Made by a program: the position numbers and the translations under genes. A stretch of DNA of 64,000 nucleotides from an uncultured Pseudomonadota bacterium (lineage in GTDB: Bacteria; Myxococcota_A; Polyangia; Fen-1088), in the NCBI GenBank assembly GCA_963847705.1, contig CAWKBC010000027.1, positions 480,001 to 544,000 of the forward strand, read 5' to 3'. This document shows, in pieces, positions 60,360-64,000 of this stretch (the first letter of the stretch is position 1; each line of letters starts with the position of its first letter). The notes beneath the pieces were generated by a model that worked only from the letters and a program-made list of their open reading frames with translations, was not told where the DNA came from and made no database searches.

Positions 60360-61198
60360 GGGGGAAGGGTGGCCAGCGCGGCGCGCGCCTCTTCCGCGTG
60401 CGTGCCGAGCGGGGCCAGCTCGAGATATTTGCGGTACGCGTCGCGCGACGCCGGGAGCCGTCCGCTGTCGTGCTGGACCTTCCCGACGACGATGTAGGCG
60501 TTGGAGAACCGGGGATCGGAGCCGAGCGCCAGGTTCGCCAGATCGAGCGCCTCACCGCCTCGACCCTGCGCGAGCGCGGTCTCTGCGCGCTGGGTCAGCA
60601 CAGCCGCAGGCTCTGCAGTCGCGGCGGCAGGGGCATCGGCGGTGGACCGATTGCGGGACGCCTGACCGTGCAGCGCCAGGGCCACCACGCACGCCACGAT
60701 GGTGGCGGTCCCGATCACGACGACCGTGCGCTTGCGGCCGGCGACCGGCGCGCGGGGATCGTAATGGGGCGCCGTGCCGGGATCATCGGCGATCGGCTCA
60801 ACCGCGTGCTCGCCATCGACCAGCCAGTGCAGCGTCGATTCCGAGAGACCCATCTCCTGCTTGGGCTCGGCGGCGGGCGGGAGCGGCTCGTCGCTCTTGG
60901 CGGCGGGCGGCTCCTCGGGCTTGCTCAGAGCTGGCTCGTCCGTGGCCGCGGCCGTCGTCGTCGGGGCGACCTCAGCCGGCCTGGCGGGCTCATTGGCGGG
61001 CTCAGAAGATATCGAAGCCGGCTCTTCGGGCCGCGCTTCTGCCGGGGGCCAGGCCGGCTCGTCCGATTTGGCGCGCTCTCCTTCCGGCGTTTCCGGCGTT
61101 TCCGGCGTTTCCGGCGCTTCCGGCGCTTCCGGCGCTTCCGGCGCTTCCGGCGCTTCCGGCGCAGGCCGGGTTTCGTCCTCGGACTCCGGGCTCGGCAT
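60356..61198 (-). CDS. Single-pass membrane protein with acidic Pro-rich N-terminus and C-terminal TPR
   Basis: PEA/PET repeats, [10 protein letters not shown]...[10 protein letters not shown]. Confidence 0.8.
   Translation of the reverse strand: MPSPESEDETRPAPEAPEAPEAPEAPEAPETPETPETPEGERAKSDEPAWPPAEARPEEPASISSEPANEPARPAEVAPTTTAAATDEPALSKPEEPPAAKSDEPLPPAAEPKQEMGLSESTLHWLVDGEHAVEPIADDPGTAPHYDPRAPVAGRKRTVVVIGTATIVACVVALALHGQASRNRSTADAPAAATAEPAAVLTQRAETALAQGRGGEALDLANLALGSDPRFSNAYIVVGKVQHDSGRLPASRDAYRKYLELAPLGTHAEEARAALATLPP
61082..61162. repeat. 9-bp coding tandem repeat (TTCCGGCG[T/C]) x9
   Basis: Directly visible. Encodes APE/TPE repeats on the minus strand. Confidence 0.95.
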
Positions 61199-61294
61199 GT
61201 CGTGACCAGGAAGACTAGTGCATTTCCATTCTGCCCGTGTCCGGAAAATCGCCCAGCGCGACTGTCAGTTTCCATCTGTTAACATGCTCCGGAG

Positions 61295-62188
61295 ATGGCG
61301 AAGCCCGTCGACGACACCACGCTCGAGCGTCAGCCAACCATGGAGCCGCCCGAGATCCCGCGCGGTCCGAGCGCCTATCTTCTCGTGATCGCGGGGCCGA
61401 GCTTCGGCGAGATGCACCGGCTGCAGGGGAACCGCTCGGTGATCGGTCGCGCCGACACCGCGGCCATCCGCGTGCTCGACGACGGCATCTCGCGCGAGCA
61501 CGCCGCGGTCGAGCGCGACGGCGGCAAGAACGTGCTCGTCAATCTCGGATCGACCAACGGGACGTTCTGCAACGGAGCGAAGATCGAGCGCCAGGAGCTG
61601 GCCGACGGCGACAAGATCTCCCTCGGCGCGTCCACGATCTTGAAGTTCACCTACCAGGACCAGGTGGACGAGCGCTACCAGAAGCGCCTCTTCGAGTCGT
61701 CGCTCCGGGACGGGCTGACCTCCACGTTCAACCGCCGCTACTTCGTCGATCGGCTCAACACCGAGATGCGGTTCGCCTCGCGTCACGACAAGTCGCTGGC
61801 CTTGCTGTTCATCGACGTCGATCACTTCAAGAAGATCAACGACGGCTTCGGGCACCAGGCGGGGGACTACGTCCTGGCGGCGGTGGCACGCGAGATGATC
61901 GCCACCCTCCGCGCCGAGGACGTGCTGGCCCGCTATGGCGGGGAGGAGTTCGCCGTCATCTGCCGCGAGATCGAGAAGGACGGCGCGCTGGTGCTGGGCG
62001 AGCGGCTGCGGGCGGCCGTCGCGCGCGCTCGGTTCGAGCACGAAGGCCGGGTCATCCCGGTCACCATCAGCGTGGGCGCGGCGGTCGCGCGCAAGCCCCA
62101 GCAAGCCCAGCCGCTGATCGCGGCCGCCGATGCGGCGATGTACGAGGCCAAGCGGGCCGGCCGCAACCGTGTCTCATTTCATGAATAA
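61295..62188 (+). CDS. FHA-domain diguanylate cyclase
   Basis: IGR...ISREHA...STNGT (FHA), DGLT, DVDHFKKIND, RAED I-site, ARYGGEEF. Confidence 0.95.
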   Translation: MAKPVDDTTLERQPTMEPPEIPRGPSAYLLVIAGPSFGEMHRLQGNRSVIGRADTAAIRVLDDGISREHAAVERDGGKNVLVNLGSTNGTFCNGAKIERQELADGDKISLGASTILKFTYQDQVDERYQKRLFESSLRDGLTSTFNRRYFVDRLNTEMRFASRHDKSLALLFIDVDHFKKINDGFGHQAGDYVLAAVAREMIATLRAEDVLARYGGEEFAVICREIEKDGALVLGERLRAAVARARFEHEGRVIPVTISVGAAVARKPQQAQPLIAAADAAMYEAKRAGRNRVSFHE

Positions 62189-62227
62189 ATAGAGACAGCG
62201 GCGGGGTCATTGGTATGGTGGGGGCGG

Positions 62228-64000
62228 ATGAGGGGACGTGCACGTCGCGGGCTCGCGGTGGCGAGCCTGATCGCGGTGCTGGGCTGCCGCGAATCGGCCG
62301 GTCTTCACGGGGAAGGTGCGCCCGCGAGCAACGCCGGGGCTCCGCCTCCGGCGGCGGGCGCCACGGGCGGCAACAGGCCCGGCAGGCCGCATCCTCCGCG
62401 CGGCTCGGTGTCCGAGGCCGAGGCCTTGAAGCCCCGCCCGGATCTGCTGCCCGTCGATCGGGCGCTGGTGGTGATTGGCGCCGCGCCGGCGCAGGGCGGG
62501 CAGGCCGGGCAGTCCGGCCAGGCTGGGCAGCCGGCGCACCCAGGGCAGCCCGCGCCGCATCTGGAGGAGCGCTGGATCGACGCCGAGGCGGCCGAGGCGG
62601 CCGGCTACACGCTGGTCGATCTTTCCGACGCGTGGACGCCCTACATCTTCGCCGAGCAGACCGGTCCTGACGGACAGCCGCTGCCCAACCGCTACCGGCG
62701 CATCTTCATCGGCCTGGCCAACGATCAGCTCGATGAGGACGGTGAGCCGCTGCCGCCCGGGTCGAAGAACTACCTGGAGCTCTACGGGATCTTCCCCTCG
62801 CTGTCGGTGCTGCGCGAGCGGTTCCTCGGCGACGAGCAGCATCCCTGCCAGGATCAGGAGAGCGCCGACGCGCTCGACGCCGTCGAGACCGTCACCTACG
62901 TCGCGCCGGCTGATCTCAAGAAGGACGAGCGCCACCTCTCGCGCATTCGCCAGGAGCTGGAGGAGGCGCGCCGGAAGGCGCACGCGGCGACGCTGGACGA
63001 TCTGGCGGCGAAGCAGCCGGCGTACGCCGCCAAGGTGAAGTTGCTCGAGAAGCGGGCCGCGGAGAAGCCGGCCATGACCGCGGTCGAAAAGCGCCTCACC
63101 TGCGAGGGGCTCCTGGGCGGGAGCGCCCGGACCACGCACCACCAGGCGGGGATCTACGACGACGCCATGCGGATCGCCGTTCGGCGCTTCCAGCAGAAAC
63201 ACATGATCTACGAGGCGAACTTCCTGCGCCGCAAGACGGTGGAGGCGCTGTCGCGCTCGCTCATCGAGAACGACTACGACGCGCTGGTCCGTGCGCTGCG
63301 CGAGCGGGTGGTGTCGGCCGCGGAGATTGTGGAGGACGGGTCGACCTCCAAGGTGCGCAACCTGGTCGACGAGTACACCAAGGTGACGCTCGACCAGCTC
63401 GGCCTGACCGACGGCGCCGCGGCGCTGGCCTTCTTCAAGCGCCACGACAGGAACGAGCTCAAGACGTTGCGGGTGGCGGTGAAGCTGCCGCCGCGCCCCG
63501 ACTACTATTCGCCCGACATGGACCTCTCGATCGTCGTCGATCGCGGCGACGTCTGGTACGACGTGCCGTTCGACGACAAGGGGCACTACAAGCCGCAGAC
63601 GCGCAAGAAGTACCCCTCGCTCACGCTCTACGGCAAGGTGGGGGGCAAGCAGGTGGCGCTGGCGCGCTGGCGCACGACCATCGGCGGGTGGCGCGCCGAT
63701 CAGGCCAGCAACGGCTACGAGTACTTTCGCTACAAGGGCTCGGACATCGGTCCGCGCGTGATCCGTCACATCGTGTCGGGGCCGGTCTGGATCGCCCCGA
63801 CCTCGACGCCGATCCGGACGCTGGTGAAGGGGAAGCTGGTCAACGGCAAATGGATGGGCGTCGTCAACTACGACGAGCTCGGGCCGGGGTATCTGTCGGC
63901 CTACGGCCTCATCGCCGGCTACTTCGTGGTGCCCGGCCTGAACGGGCACAACGACTTCGACAACGGCGTGCGCGCGCACGGCTCGTCGGACTACCTGTCG
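62228..64000 (+). CDS. L,D-transpeptidase-family lipoprotein with peptidoglycan-binding domain (3' truncated by window)
   Basis: Open frame from ATG 62228 to the window end. Lipobox VLGC, GIYDDAMRIAVRRFQQKH, RWRTTIGGW, PVWIAP, GVRAHGS. Confidence 0.75.
   Translation, partial: MRGRARRGLAVASLIAVLGCRESAGLHGEGAPASNAGAPPPAAGATGGNRPGRPHPPRGSVSEAEALKPRPDLLPVDRALVVIGAAPAQGGQAGQSGQAGQPAHPGQPAPHLEERWIDAEAAEAAGYTLVDLSDAWTPYIFAEQTGPDGQPLPNRYRRIFIGLANDQLDEDGEPLPPGSKNYLELYGIFPSLSVLRERFLGDEQHPCQDQESADALDAVETVTYVAPADLKKDERHLSRIRQELEEARRKAHAATLDDLAAKQPAYAAKVKLLEKRAAEKPAMTAVEKRLTCEGLLGGSARTTHHQAGIYDDAMRIAVRRFQQKHMIYEANFLRRKTVEALSRSLIENDYDALVRALRERVVSAAEIVEDGSTSKVRNLVDEYTKVTLDQLGLTDGAAALAFFKRHDRNELKTLRVAVKLPPRPDYYSPDMDLSIVVDRGDVWYDVPFDDKGHYKPQTRKKYPSLTLYGKVGGKQVALARWRTTIGGWRADQASNGYEYFRYKGSDIGPRVIRHIVSGPVWIAPTSTPIRTLVKGKLVNGKWMGVVNYDELGPGYLSAYGLIAGYFVVPGLNGHNDFDNGVRAHGSSDYLS

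Noticed and set aside
62207-63979. 590-aa minus-strand ORF
   Set aside because: It is an antisense shadow of the plus-strand L,D-transpeptidase-like gene, which is missing from the track because it runs off the window.

Overview
High-GC bacterial chromosomal segment, very probably from a myxobacterium (Myxococcota, Polyangia-like). This is inferred from three MYXO-CTERM proteins, many lipoproteins with long Gly/Thr linkers, Cys-rich repeat proteins, a GltG/AgmX-like protein and a Ser/Thr kinase. The left ~49 kb is an accessory region of surface and secreted proteins. It holds two ECF sigma / anti-sigma / outer-membrane / lipoprotein modules, a KaiC-like ATPase with a hybrid kinase, and a lipoprotein-tethered plant-wall-degrading set (CE8 pectin methylesterase, two GH28 paralogs, a Cip1-like protein, an LPMO-like protein and a GH45 homolog). 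The right end is housekeeping (tag, def, aldo-keto reductase, assimilatory nitrate reductase pair, ligA, rnhB, FHA-GGDEF, partial L,D-transpeptidase). The most notable observations are: (1) the GH45 homolog appears circularly permuted, with the canonical N-terminal DCC motif at the C-terminus; (2) a mirrored motif CGATTTCGTGATC-N17-GCATT faces both divergent pectinase genes; (3) a 3 x 79-bp double-hairpin intergenic array; (4) a stand-alone secretin N0-domain protein; (5) two single-base frameshifts. I saw no rRNA, tRNA, CRISPR array or transposase. All family calls come from recognising motifs by eye, not from database searches.
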